DNA from: Monocercomonoides exilis PA203
Lineage: Eukaryota > Protista > Preaxostyla
Assembly (NCBI GenBank): GCA_001643675.2
Contig: LSRY02000065.1
Span: forward strand, 310,001-374,000
DNA: 64,000 nt
Direction of reading: 5' to 3'
Below are positions 1-11,131 of this stretch, one piece after another (positions within the stretch are counted from its first letter, which is position 1; every line of letters begins with the position of its first letter). The notes under the pieces were generated by a model that was not told the origin of the DNA, did no database searches, and was given only the letters and a program-made list of their open reading frames with translations. The position numbers were made by a program, and so were the translations under genes.

Positions 1-3000
1 CATGTGGAAGTGATGAACAGTTCAGTGAATTGGTCTTCATTTGGGGACAACAGTGGTGTGCATGTCAGCGAAGGAGCATCAGGGATAATTGTGAAGTGCA
101 ACATGAGCGAGCTGAGGAGGGAAAACGGGGATGGAGGAGGAGTGAGTGGGGTTGCAGGAGATGGAAAGAAGATAGAGGTGAGAGAATGCGAGTTTTTTGA
201 TGTGAAGTGCTTGAGAGATATGGGAAAAGGAGGGAGTGTGAGTGTGAGAGTGAGGGGAGGAGGAGCACTGGAGTTTGAGGGGAATAGCGTTGGAAAGAGC
301 ATGGTGAAGGAAGAAAGCGGTGTTGGAGGAGAGGTGTATGTGAAGTTTGATTCAGAGGAAGGGGTGTACTGGATGAGATACGACAGATTTGAGGAGAACA
401 AGGCGAGTGTGGGAAGAGATGTGTATTTTGAGTGTGTGGGTGCAAGCAAGATGTTGAAGCAGATGCGATGGGTGGACACGGCTGATGAGGACGAAGAGGA
501 GGAAGAGAAGCAGCGGCTGTGGGTGTATGACAGGAGCAACGAGCCGGTGATCAATGTGACGATGTTTGCGTTTCTGTTTCCGGCTGGTGCAGACATACTG
601 TTTGTGGACAAAGGCGGGACCAATTTTGAGGAGTGCGGGATACAGGCAACGCCGTGCAAAGATGTGTCGTTTGGGTTTGAGAAGCTGGGGAGCACACGAA
701 CAACGATACGGATTGTGGAATCGGCAGCTGGGAAGAGCGAGATGAGACAGAAGGATGAATCGTTGACTCTGCAAGGGAAGAACAAAGCCGAAGTTGCATC
801 TGTTCTTCGGATGGAAGAAAATGGGGGCTTTGTTGTTGAGGGGAGCAGAAAGATGGAGCTGAGTGTCCAAAGGCTGCAGGTGGTTGTTTGTGTTTCTTGG
901 GCGAAAGAAGCGGTGTTTGGAGTTGGAGGAAAGGGGGCAGTTTCTGTGCAGAATTGTTCAATCTGCGGGGAATTGGGATCAACTTTAAGTGGAGTGGGGA
1001 ATGGATGGATTGGGAAAGGAAGTGGAGGGGAGATAAGTTTTGTGTCAGTGAATTTTGAGCAAATGGAATTGGGAGCAGGATGCGGAGTGGCAGAGATGAA
1101 AGATGGAAAACAAATTGTGGAGAAGTCTAACATGAGTGGGCTGTGCGGGAGCGTAGGAGGGTTGATCTGCGGGAGGGGAGAGAGCGATGTGAGTATTCGG
1201 GAGACAAATGTGAAGGGATGCAGAGTGTTCGGTGGAAGTGTGGCAAGAATGAGTGGTGTGTCGCAGATAAAGGTGTGGCAGGGAAGTTTGATTGAAGAGT
1301 GCAGGTCCGATGAGAACATGGATGGAGGTGGGATGTGGTGTGAGCTTGTTGGAGAAAGCGAGGTGATGATAGAGGATTGCAGGTTTTGCAAGTGCATGCT
1401 GACGAAAGATAATGGAAGAGGGGGAGGAGTGTTTTTGGATTTGCAAGAGAGTGCAAGCAATAATTTTGCGTTCAAAAGAGTGACATTTGAGGGGAACACA
1501 GGAGCCAAAGGAGAAGATGTGTTTGTTGTGAGCAAATCCTTGAATGAATCGATCATAGCAGATCGCTTTGTTGATGTATCTGGGGCTGAGGAGGGTTCTG
1601 GCCGGGCAAAGATTGCAGGAATAGACAGTGAGTTTTTTGTGGAAGAGGCGATTGATCTGTATGAGTTTCTTGTTGAGCGCAAGTCGGAAGAGATCAGAGT
1701 TGGAGAGAAGGGATACGACTTTGCGGGGTGTGGAACAGACAAGTATCAGTGCAAAACGCTATGGAGAGGATACAGAAACATTGATGGATTGGCGGCGAGA
1801 AAGAGGCTGTTGATGGATGGAGAAGTGTATGCAGAAGAAAGCTACGATCTTTCATCATTTGAAGTGAGTTCGATGCAGGACCAGGTGGAGTCTTGTGTTC
1901 GGATTCAATTGAAAGATGAAGAAGGGGTGAACGGATGTGTGTTTGGATCGTCCACAGTGCTGGAGATGAAGTGGATTGTGTTCAAATATGAGGAGTCATT
2001 GGAAGCGGGAGCGGGATGTTTGGTGTATTCCAGTGGCAGCAAGCTGACTTTGAATCGAAGCCGATTTGAGAATATGACAAGAGGAAATGTGAAGGTGACG
2101 TTGGTGAAGTGTTCGAGTGGAGTAGTGATGATGGAAGAATGCGAAGTGTTGTGCCAGGAGTTTGATAGTGTTCCGTTTACGCTTTGGAGCGGAGCGGAAA
2201 TAGAAGGGTGTGTATTTGATGGCTTGAGAACACCAAAGAGCATGAAAGGTGGGGCGATATATGCCGTGCTTGGAAAGGATGGGGTGTTGAAGATGGAAAA
2301 CAACACGATAGCGAGAAGTGAGTGCTCGAGGAGCGCAGGGAGAGGAGGAGGGGTGTATGTGGACAGTTTGGAGAGTGAAGCTGAAAAGCCATTTGAGTTT
2401 TGCAGGGTGCTGAAACTGGAAGGTAACGAAGCAGCAAGAGGGAAGAACATGTTCATTGCAGGCAAAGACCTGAATAAAAGTGTGAACAGAGCATCGTTTG
2501 GGTTTGAGTATGAGTTAGCTTTGGAAGACAGGAATCTGTTTGCAGGAAGAGAAGCAGAATCAAAAGAGACGGATCTGATGCGCTATCTGGTGAAATACAC
2601 AAGCTGGGAGATTCATGTGTCTTCTGGAGGATGGGATGTGGAGCGGTGCGGATTCGAGGAAGATCCGTGCAAAACGTTCTGGAAAGGGATGGAGCATGTG
2701 GATGCGCTGGCGCCGGAAAAGAAAATTGTTGTTGAAGGAGAGATTGTTATAGCAGATGGATTTGATGTGACCAACTTCAGGATCTGTTCAGAAGGGCAGG
2801 AAAGCGGAGAGCAGATGCACTCGATGCTTATTTTTGAGGAGAAAAACGAGCATTGTGGAAACGCTTCGCTGTTCAACAGAGGAACGTTAGAACTGACGCA
2901 TATAGACGTGACTGTGGGTGAGCAGTTTGAGAATGAGGAAAAGGCGATCATTGTCAGTGAAGGAAAGATACTGCGCATGCAAGAATGTGACTTGAAGTCG

Positions 3001-6000
3001 AAGGCCATATTTTCTGAAGCAGGAGATTATTCGTTTGTTGTAATGAAAAGCGGAGGAATTGATGTGGATAGAGTGAGTGTGAAGCAGACGAATGTGATTC
3101 GCAGCGTATTTGTGATCTGCACTGGGAGCGGTGAAGGCGAAATGGGTGAGGATGGGATGATTGGGGTACGAATCAATAGGCTCGATGTCGGTTCAGTGAA
3201 CATTAGCAGCGGATGTGTGGTGGATGTTGTGTGTGTGGCAGCAGAGAGAGGAAATGGAAGAAGCAAAGATGTATTGAGTATTATTGTGAACGGGTCAGAG
3301 TTCAGAGAAATTGCAGGGAAAAAGAATGGGGCTGGAGTGATGAGCTCGACTTCAGAAGGGTCAAGAGGGATTGGGATAGAGATGAATGAGAGTGTGTTTG
3401 TGGTGTGCAAGGCAAGTGAGTCTGAGCGAGGAGGGGTGATGGAAGTGGGGCTGAATGTTGGAGGATGGTACGAGGTGAGGAAGTGTGGGATTGAGCAGTG
3501 CAGCTGCTCGACAGAAAGGGGAAAAGGAGGGGGTGTGCATTTGCATTCATCGGTGCAAACAGGACTGGACTTTCTGTTCCAAGATTCGGTGTTCGTTTCG
3601 AACTCAGCGCACATTGGGCGAGACATTTTCATCCTGTGCTTCAGCATTGCATCCCAGATCAACGAGACGCAGTTCCGGTTTGATCTGCGGGAGTCGCATT
3701 ACAGCCGGCTGAATGCAGTATATGGGATGGATGAGACAGAGTATTTTGCGGAGGCAGTGGACCTGATGGACTTCATTGTGGTGTATCAATCAGACATAAT
3801 ATTTGTGTCGAGCAAAGAAGGAGAGAGAGGCGAAGACACAAAGAAGTGTGGGATTCTGACACTACCGTGTGCAACACTGGGATATGGGATAGAGCATCTT
3901 GCGTTTGAGTACAAGAGCCAGCTTGTGGTGATTGAGGAAGGGAAAGTGGACAGCGAGATTGATCTGTTCAATGTGAGTGTGACATCTCGATCGTTTGAAG
4001 AAGCGGTTGTGAGAGTGGAATTATTTGGAAGGAGCAGCAGAAGGAATGTAATTAAGTGTTCAGAATCAGTGATGTTTGTACTGCTTCATTTTGTGTTTGG
4101 AGAAAGCACAACAACAGATCACAGCAGCTTCATAAGGGGCGGAAATGGGATAACGCGAGTGTCGAATTGCTCATTCAGCAGCATGACAGAAGGAGGTGGG
4201 CCGGCTGATGTGCTGTGGCCGCTTGCCGAGGCTGTTTGTGGGGAGGTTGTATGGGAGAATGTTGTTGTGAACAATCTGAACTTTCAGAGAGGCATCGTTT
4301 GGGCAAACACGATGGCAAGAGTGGTGTGCGACCGTGTATCCATCAGGGATATAGGATTGGGAAAAGAGGGCTTGTTTGATGTGAAAGGGGCAGGAAATGA
4401 TTTGAATATGGATGAAAAGACGAATGGGGTACTGACTGTGAATCTTTCATCAGCAATGAATGTGAGCAGTTTGAGCAACGCCTCTGAGGCACTTATACAG
4501 AGTGCATCAAGTGGGGTGTGCATAAGCATGTTCAATTGCACATTCTCAGATTGCAGATCGGTATTGGAGAAGGGGAGCATGATGAAGGCGGCTTCTTGCT
4601 CAGATGTGAGTTTGGACTCATGCCTATTTGATGGAATGAGCAAAGAAGAGGATGACCATAACAGAAGGAACGGCTTCGAAAACGCTATGGAGCTGTGCAG
4701 ATGGAACGGGTCGCTGATTGATGTGGCAGGATGTGAAACAGCAATGAAGTACACCACAATATGGAATTCATGGAAAGGCGGACTGTCCGTATCGGGAGGG
4801 AAAACAACAATAGAGAAAGGAGAGTTTGCGAACAACACTGGGCTTGCGGAGAAGTATCCCTCGCTTCGAAGAAACGCATTGTGTTCTGGAGGAGGGGAGC
4901 TGAATGTTGCGAGCTTGAAAGGAGGGGATGGGATAAAAGATAATGGCTCGCTATGGTTTTTGAATGAGGGATGTGAGCTTGGCGGAATTGCTTCTGAAAG
5001 ACTATCAGCATTGTTTATTCCCATATTGAATTCTGTGGAGACAGAAAGGTCGGGGAGTGATCTGAGCCTGAGATTCAAAGGGCTGCTTCTTCTTCCGTGC
5101 AACTTGTCTTTTCGGCTTGTTTCGACTGCCGGAATTGCAGAATCTGTGGAGACATATGAGCTTGAAGAAAACGAATTTGTGTCTGAGTCCGAGGTTTGCA
5201 CATCCATATCATTGGCAATGATTGAAGCTGCAACAGAAGAAGAAGAAGTGTTTGTGGCAATTGCATTTGGAAATCATTCATCAGCAAGCTCCACAGAACG
5301 CTTCATAGTGAAGAATAGAAGCAAGCCTGAGGCGAGTAGAAATGATAAAAGTGTAGAGGGAGGAAAGGAAGGAAAATTCTTATGGGTTTTGATTGTTTGC
5401 ATTGTGATTGTGGTAATACTGTTAATAGTATCAATAATATTCATTGTTCGATGGAAGAAGGTGAAGAATGAAGCAGAAGATCTGAGAGAAATTGTAAACG
5501 ACAACATCAGAAAGGATCCGAAGGCATTTGAAATGGTGACAATGGAGATGTCACCCGAGGAGCAATGGAGGAGAGCAGAGAGGGAGGCAGAAAAGAAGAA
5601 TGAAGAAAGAATAAAGAAGAGGGTGTATGAAAAGACAATGGAGCATTCAGAGTCATCGGAGCATTTGTTGAGTGAGAGTGGATCAACTGAATACATTCTG
5701 GGAAGAGATTCAGATAAGATCCCTGATTGGGCATTGGAGAAGGTTGATGAGAAAGAAGAGGAAGAGACAAGAAAGAGAGCACCATCACCATCCATTTCAT
5801 CCATTTCGTCCACAGACACTTCAGACACAGATTCTTCTTTTATTCATGGGGAGGATCTGTGCCCAACCACCTCATCGATGTCGAATCTGGTGGATGCAAT
5901 GGCATGCTCATGTCCATACGAGAAACTGATTGTGGATTTGAGGGATTCGCTGTTTATGTTGTTGCACGGGCTGAATAAGACAAAAGAGATGGCGATTGGC

Positions 6001-6729
6001 ACACCAAAGGAGAGGGAGATGACAGGTGCTCAGATTCTGTTCTGGGTTGCGAATGGGGCACTCCATTCATTTGATGAGATGGAAAATCCACTTCAATCAT
6101 TGACAAATCTGAGTCCACACATTGTGTTGTTCTCAGAGCACATGGTGATCACAGTTGCAATGCACTCAGATTGCTTTTCTTCATCCGATGACTCTGATTC
6201 TTCATCAATCTCTTCATCAACCATTGTCACCTCTTCCTCTGACATTTCATTGATGAGTAGGAGAGGAAGAGACTCGCCACTACCTTCATCTGCGTTTGAG
6301 GATGATGAAGACAATCGATATGAATGTTTGCGGTGGAAGGCACCAGAGCTGCTGAATGGGATCAAGAAGCACACCACAAAGAAAACAGTTGCGTTTTCAA
6401 TAGGGATGATGCTCTGGGAGTGCTTGACTCTGAATGTTCCGTTTGGGGAATATGAGGCAGCGGTAGCTGGGCAGAAGATTGCTAATGGGGAAAGACCAAA
6501 CACAGAAATGATTCGAAGCTCCAAATTGTTTGGCGCAGTTAGGGCATGCCTGTCGCAAGAGGCAAAACAAAGATTGCAGCTGGGTGATTTGAAGAGAGAG
6601 TTTTTCCAACTGTTTCCGGCCGGAGCCACAATAATGACGATGAGTGATGCAATCATCGATGAAGAAGTGTCTGGAGTTATCGAGAGCAAAAGCGGCAAGG
6701 GCACGATGAATGCAGATCAAAAGATATAA
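1..6729 (+). CDS. Giant type-I membrane receptor-like protein with repeated Gly/Cys-rich ectodomain, one TM helix and a degenerate TK/TKL-like cytoplasmic domain; probably 5'-partial
   Basis: 2241-aa ORF open from the window edge. Recurring GGG.(Y/F/H)..N.A..G.D.F motifs and CG....(P/Q)C motifs at ~634, 1729, 2647 and 3847. TM FLWVLIVCIVIVVILLIVSIIFIV followed by RWKK (~5377-5460). Kinase subdomain VIII-IX motifs LRWKAPELL and FSIGMMLWECLTLNVPF. Confidence 0.88.
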   Translation, partial: HVEVMNSSVNWSSFGDNSGVHVSEGASGIIVKCNMSELRRENGDGGGVSGVAGDGKKIEVRECEFFDVKCLRDMGKGGSVSVRVRGGGALEFEGNSVGKSMVKEESGVGGEVYVKFDSEEGVYWMRYDRFEENKASVGRDVYFECVGASKMLKQMRWVDTADEDEEEEEKQRLWVYDRSNEPVINVTMFAFLFPAGADILFVDKGGTNFEECGIQATPCKDVSFGFEKLGSTRTTIRIVESAAGKSEMRQKDESLTLQGKNKAEVASVLRMEENGGFVVEGSRKMELSVQRLQVVVCVSWAKEAVFGVGGKGAVSVQNCSICGELGSTLSGVGNGWIGKGSGGEISFVSVNFEQMELGAGCGVAEMKDGKQIVEKSNMSGLCGSVGGLICGRGESDVSIRETNVKGCRVFGGSVARMSGVSQIKVWQGSLIEECRSDENMDGGGMWCELVGESEVMIEDCRFCKCMLTKDNGRGGGVFLDLQESASNNFAFKRVTFEGNTGAKGEDVFVVSKSLNESIIADRFVDVSGAEEGSGRAKIAGIDSEFFVEEAIDLYEFLVERKSEEIRVGEKGYDFAGCGTDKYQCKTLWRGYRNIDGLAARKRLLMDGEVYAEESYDLSSFEVSSMQDQVESCVRIQLKDEEGVNGCVFGSSTVLEMKWIVFKYEESLEAGAGCLVYSSGSKLTLNRSRFENMTRGNVKVTLVKCSSGVVMMEECEVLCQEFDSVPFTLWSGAEIEGCVFDGLRTPKSMKGGAIYAVLGKDGVLKMENNTIARSECSRSAGRGGGVYVDSLESEAEKPFEFCRVLKLEGNEAARGKNMFIAGKDLNKSVNRASFGFEYELALEDRNLFAGREAESKETDLMRYLVKYTSWEIHVSSGGWDVERCGFEEDPCKTFWKGMEHVDALAPEKKIVVEGEIVIADGFDVTNFRICSEGQESGEQMHSMLIFEEKNEHCGNASLFNRGTLELTHIDVTVGEQFENEEKAIIVSEGKILRMQECDLKSKAIFSEAGDYSFVVMKSGGIDVDRVSVKQTNVIRSVFVICTGSGEGEMGEDGMIGVRINRLDVGSVNISSGCVVDVVCVAAERGNGRSKDVLSIIVNGSEFREIAGKKNGAGVMSSTSEGSRGIGIEMNESVFVVCKASESERGGVMEVGLNVGGWYEVRKCGIEQCSCSTERGKGGGVHLHSSVQTGLDFLFQDSVFVSNSAHIGRDIFILCFSIASQINETQFRFDLRESHYSRLNAVYGMDETEYFAEAVDLMDFIVVYQSDIIFVSSKEGERGEDTKKCGILTLPCATLGYGIEHLAFEYKSQLVVIEEGKVDSEIDLFNVSVTSRSFEEAVVRVELFGRSSRRNVIKCSESVMFVLLHFVFGESTTTDHSSFIRGGNGITRVSNCSFSSMTEGGGPADVLWPLAEAVCGEVVWENVVVNNLNFQRGIVWANTMARVVCDRVSIRDIGLGKEGLFDVKGAGNDLNMDEKTNGVLTVNLSSAMNVSSLSNASEALIQSASSGVCISMFNCTFSDCRSVLEKGSMMKAASCSDVSLDSCLFDGMSKEEDDHNRRNGFENAMELCRWNGSLIDVAGCETAMKYTTIWNSWKGGLSVSGGKTTIEKGEFANNTGLAEKYPSLRRNALCSGGGELNVASLKGGDGIKDNGSLWFLNEGCELGGIASERLSALFIPILNSVETERSGSDLSLRFKGLLLLPCNLSFRLVSTAGIAESVETYELEENEFVSESEVCTSISLAMIEAATEEEEVFVAIAFGNHSSASSTERFIVKNRSKPEASRNDKSVEGGKEGKFLWVLIVCIVIVVILLIVSIIFIVRWKKVKNEAEDLREIVNDNIRKDPKAFEMVTMEMSPEEQWRRAEREAEKKNEERIKKRVYEKTMEHSESSEHLLSESGSTEYILGRDSDKIPDWALEKVDEKEEEETRKRAPSPSISSISSTDTSDTDSSFIHGEDLCPTTSSMSNLVDAMACSCPYEKLIVDLRDSLFMLLHGLNKTKEMAIGTPKEREMTGAQILFWVANGALHSFDEMENPLQSLTNLSPHIVLFSEHMVITVAMHSDCFSSSDDSDSSSISSSTIVTSSSDISLMSRRGRDSPLPSSAFEDDEDNRYECLRWKAPELLNGIKKHTTKKTVAFSIGMMLWECLTLNVPFGEYEAAVAGQKIANGERPNTEMIRSSKLFGAVRACLSQEAKQRLQLGDLKREFFQLFPAGATIMTMSDAIIDEEVSGVIESKSGKGTMNADQKI

Positions 6730-8358
6730 GACAGGCACAAGGGATTACTATCATCAAGCAAAAGAACCGTTCAATTGGAATGTGAAAGTCAAGTCAACTG
6801 GCTTTTGGAACTGAGATCGATTTTTTTTTAAGTCATCCACACTACAGCAAAGGCAGCAACAGTAAAAACAAAAGAATAAGAGCTTATTTCAGATATTGAA
6901 ATATAATAATTGATCGAATCGCATTCCAAAAGAAAGAGAGAAAGAAAATATGTATTGATTTATCTTCGATATTTTTATCTTTTCTTTTCATTTTCCAAAT
7001 AATGTTGATTTTTTTTAAAAAAAAAATAAACAACGCTAAAAAGAACCTTGTGCAAAAGCACTTTTCATTTCATAACAACAAGAACAGAAATTTAATGTTT
7101 CAATTTTTTTTTATTTTTTCACCTTCATAATTGTCCATTGACTGATGGCTGAAAAATACATTTAAAAAAGTCACCAATGATTGAAATCTACCTTGACTTG
7201 GCTTGCACAACCTTGTTGAAGTGTTTTTTAAACATCCACAAATGAGTTATGAATGATGCCAAATAATATTTGATAGCTGCCATTTTCGAAAATAGAGAAT
7301 TTTACAGGCAATACTTCAACCATTTATGGTTTGTGATAATGTTCAGGGTTGTCATCAAATCTTGTGTTCACTCTTTTTTTATTAATTAAAAATTAGTAAT
7401 TTCTCGTTGAAAATAGATTTTTATTTAAAAAAATTCAAATCAAGAATCAATTTAACGAATCATCTTTCTTTTCTTTGTTATTTTTGCGTTTCATCATTCT
7501 CTTTATCAAAAAAAAAAAAAAAATACAATTTGATCTCGTTCTTTTTTTCTTTTTCTTTCTTTTTTTTTAAATTACCTCTCAACCATTTGTTCAATTTTTA
7601 TTTATTTTTTCTTTCTTTCTTTTTTCTTTCCATTTCCTCATTTCGCTTCAAATGCGCTTCACAATTGTTTATCAGTTATTTTTCTGGATTTGACGGACAA
7701 ATAAAATAAAATTTGTTTCTGAACGAAGAAAGAGGATATTTTGATATTTTCAATATTTTTCGAAGAAATGGACAAAAATAATTGCGGAAAACACAACTGC
7801 ACATAAAATCATTTTATCAGAGCAAAATTATGTTGTTAAAGTGTAAATGGCATATGGAAGAAAACTTCAAGTGAGTCTCTATCTATCTTTCTTTCTTTTT
7901 CTTTTGCTGAATAAGAGTACAATTACAGAACGTTAAATAATGATGACAGAGAAGCTTTGAGTATTTCAAATGGTCCTCTGCAAAGAAGTTGGAGAAAGTG
8001 ATTGTTGTGAGGAATAAATGCGACAATATCGATATTAATTTCACTGAATGATTTGCAAATAGACGGAATTCCACATGAAGAATGTGAATAAATGAGAAAA
8101 GGAGATTTTTCTATTTCTTATGATAGAGTCGAATTTTTAATGGGACATTATTTTTTAACTCTTATTTTTTTATTTATGCTTGCCAACTGCTGAAAAGAAG
8201 TGAATGGCTTTCAGCTCTTTCATAAACTTTTTTAAAAAAGTTCAATTCATTTTATTCAGTGTTTATTTTTTATTTTTATTTTTATTTTTTGATAATTTAA
8301 AAAGGATTTTTTCCAGCTTACTGATCATCGCACAAGAAATCAATCACTTGTTTCACAT

Positions 8359-8598
8359 GTCTAAATTTATTTGAAAAGTTCCTTTTGCTTAATTTTCAAA
8401 TAAAATTGTTAATTCAAATGTCGATCAGATTTCAGTTCTCTCTATTGAAACTTCACAAGAATAGAAATAATACAATTGTCAAGATTTTGTTTTCATGACG
8501 GAGAAATTTGGTTTGTTAAAACAGTGATTTGATCGAAATATGAATTTATAATTTTATTTGAAAATTAAACAAAAGGAACTTTTCAAATATATTTAGAC
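8359..8598. mobile_element. ~240-bp MITE (family B) at the palindrome centre
   Basis: TIR gtctaaatttatttgaaaagtt ... aacttttcaaatatatttagac. Homologous stand-alone copy at 42520-42758 with the same loop (attgtcaagattttgttttcatg). Confidence 0.75.
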
Positions 8599-8836
8599 AT
8601 ATGAAACAAGTGATTGATTTCTTGTGCGATGCCCAGTAAGCCGGAAAAAATCCTTTTTAATATTATCAAAAAAAATAAAAAATAAACACTGGATAAAATG
8701 TATTGAACTTGTTTTAAAAAAGTTTATAAAAGGGCTGAAAGCCATTCACTTCTTTTCAGCAGTTGGCAAGCATAAATAAAAAAATAAGAGTTAAAAAATA
8801 ATGTCCCATTAAAAATTCGACTCTATCATAAGAAAT

Positions 8837-9013
8837 GGTGCAAATTTTTTTGCTTTATGAATTTTGTTCCATTCTTCTCTAACAAATATTTTTCTCAATT
8901 TTTGAATTTTTCTGTAATTATTTGCATTGTTTCGGTTGATTTATAATGAAATGATTGTAGAAAAAGTTTGGAACATTTCTCAGTTTTTTTCATAATTGCA
9001 AAAATTTTGCCCC
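8837..9013. mobile_element. 177-bp MITE (family A) with ~25-bp TIR and 4-bp TSD AAAT
   Basis: Ends ggtgcaaatttttttgctttatgaa / ttcataattgcaaaaattttgcccc; AAAT at 8833-8836 and 9014-9017. The left palindrome arm (8101-8130) preserves the empty site with a single AAAT. Confidence 0.88.
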
Positions 9014-9017
9014 AAAT

Positions 9018-9210
9018 AGAAAAATTTCCTTTTCTCATTTATTCACATTCTTCATGTGGAATTCCGTCTATTTGCAAATCATTCAGTGAAATTAATATCG
9101 ATATTGTCGCATTTATTCCTCACAACAATCACTTACTCCAACTTCTTGGCAGAGGAGTATTTGAAATACTCAAAGCTTCTCTGTTTTCATTATTTAACGT
9201 TCTGTAATTG
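9018..9210 (+). pseudogene. pogo/Tc5-type (DDE_1) transposase relic, mirrored on - strand at ~7920-8112
   Basis: FLIYSHSSCG...NIDIVAFIPHNNHLLQLLGRGVFEILKASL resembles the DDE_1 consensus LILDxHSSH...I...LPPHTTHLLQPLD.GVF..LK, with the Asp positions degenerate. Confidence 0.55.
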
Positions 9211-9702
9211 TACTCTTATTCAGCAAAAGAAAAAGAAAGAAAGATAGATAGAGACTCACTTGAAGTTTTCTTCCATATGCCATTTACACTTTAACAACAT
9301 AATTTTGCTCTGATAAAATGATTTTATGTGCAGTTGTGTTTTCCGCAATTATTTTTGTCCATTTCTTCGAAAAATATTGAAAATATCAAAATATCCTCTT
9401 TCTTCGTTCAGAAACAAATTTTATTTTATTTGTCCGTCAAATCCAGAAAAATAACTGATAAACAATTGTGAAGCGCATTTGAAGCGAAATGAGGAAATGG
9501 AAAGAAAAAAGAAAGAAAGAAAAAATAAATAAAAATTGAACAAATGGTTGAGAGGTAATTTTAAAAAAAAAAGAAAAAAGGAAAAAGGAAAAAGGAAAAA
9601 AGAAAAAGGAAAAAAGAAAAAGGAAAAAGGAAAAAGGAAAAAGAAAAAAAAGAAAAGAAAAGAGTGATTTTTGAGTTACAAAATAACGTGAGTTTCATTT
9701 TC

Positions 9703-11131
9703 TTAAACATTCACATTATAATCAGAAATATTCAACGATAACTCACGATCATTTTTTTCTTTTGCAAAATAAATGAATCCGTAAAGGCTTTCAATGACAT
9801 CTTCGTATCCTTCTTCTTCCAACATTCTGAACAATTGCTTTTTCAACTCTTTTCTTTTCGCTTCTTCAACTTCGCCTTTCGTCTTTTTCTTCAATTTTTC
9901 TGAAAGATCCAAAAAGAACATCAAACTCTTTCTCACTATATTTTGATTAAATGTCAATTGATGAATCTCCTCCAAAAATGCATCGATAGCTCCGCCTTTC
10001 AGCAAGCAATCAATTTTTATATCTTTATCACCGATGGCTACGTACAATACATAAATGCATTTCCCGAAAAAATCTCCGTGTTTATCCTTTGCTGCTCGAA
10101 GCACCCGAACAATGCTTTCAATAAGCGCAGCAAATTCTTCATTCCACATTCCGCAACTGCGAAAAAAAAACACCAACTTTCGGAGCCATTCCATCAAAAG
10201 AATCTCTTCTTTTGTTTCATTCACTCTTTCTTCTTCTTTCTCTCTCCTCCAATCCACATATTTTGACAGATCTTCGATTTCTCTTGCTGTCTCTCTCGCA
10301 AAATGCAAATCATTCACTATAACTTCTTCCACACTTACATCGAAAAATAATCTGTCTATCAAAAATTTCCAAGCACACCAATAGGCAAGTCGAGAGAGGT
10401 TACGATGCTCATGATGATATTTGATAATCTCTTTGATTTCATTAAAATATTGTTTTTGCATCAAAAGCTAATTAGAAATAAGAAAAATAAGTAAAATAAG
10501 AAAAACATGCAAAAATATAAAAAAGGAAATAGAAGTGCCCATACACAAAATCCCATATCTCTCAAAGTCAGCAAGGCCATATCCACTTCTTTTTGTGTTT
10601 CCTCGCTTTTCTCTTTCTTCAACGCAACTTTCATAAGGTAAGGCATACACATTAAAAGCAATTCAGGTTTGAAACTAATGTTCAGAGAAATATAGCATTC
10701 GCAAAGATCGACAAGAAGTTTTTCATCCTTTTCATCCATTTTTTTGTTCTCCGCAATTATCATCTGTTCGAATCTTTTGTTCAACGAAGATTTTTCAAAG
10801 CGAAGACTTCGCATATTTTTAAGCACACAGTAATATCCAACACGCTTCAACAATAAAAGCACATTTTCCATTGACAGTTTCTTATCTTCAATCATTTTGA
10901 GTATTTTATTGAAAAGTTCAATCGTGAAAACAGATTTGAATTCTTTTTCATCCATATCATCCATTGGTCTATCCATTTCTTTGATTGTCCGTTTCTGCCC
11001 GTCCTCATCACAATCTTCAAGCTCAGAAAACAATTCTTCAAAAAAACAAGAAAAACATATAACAAGCAACAATTCAAATTCAACAATAAGCACAAACCAT
11101 TAAACCTTTCAGTTCCACTCGTTGTCTGCAT
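9703..11131 (-). CDS. Multicopy alpha-helical hypothetical protein (possibly ARM/HEAT-like), 3 exons, ~429 aa
   Basis: Exons 11131-11098, 11035-10545 and 10467-9703 join in frame across GT-AG introns. Motifs EKLLVDLCECY, KVALKKE..EE.QKEV.MALL, HRNLSRLAY and EEEGYED are shared with 13224-14643. Confidence 0.85.

Larger units (their letters stand above)
7540..9590. repeat. ~2-kb imperfect palindrome (arms ~7540-8430 and ~8530-9590)
   Basis: ORFs 7883-8074(-) and 9056-9247(+) are near-identical. Reverse-complement match runs from attacctctcaaccatttg (7571) / caaatggttgagaggtaat (9541) inward to the central loop. Outer ends fade into poly-Y/poly-R tracts. Confidence 0.92.
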
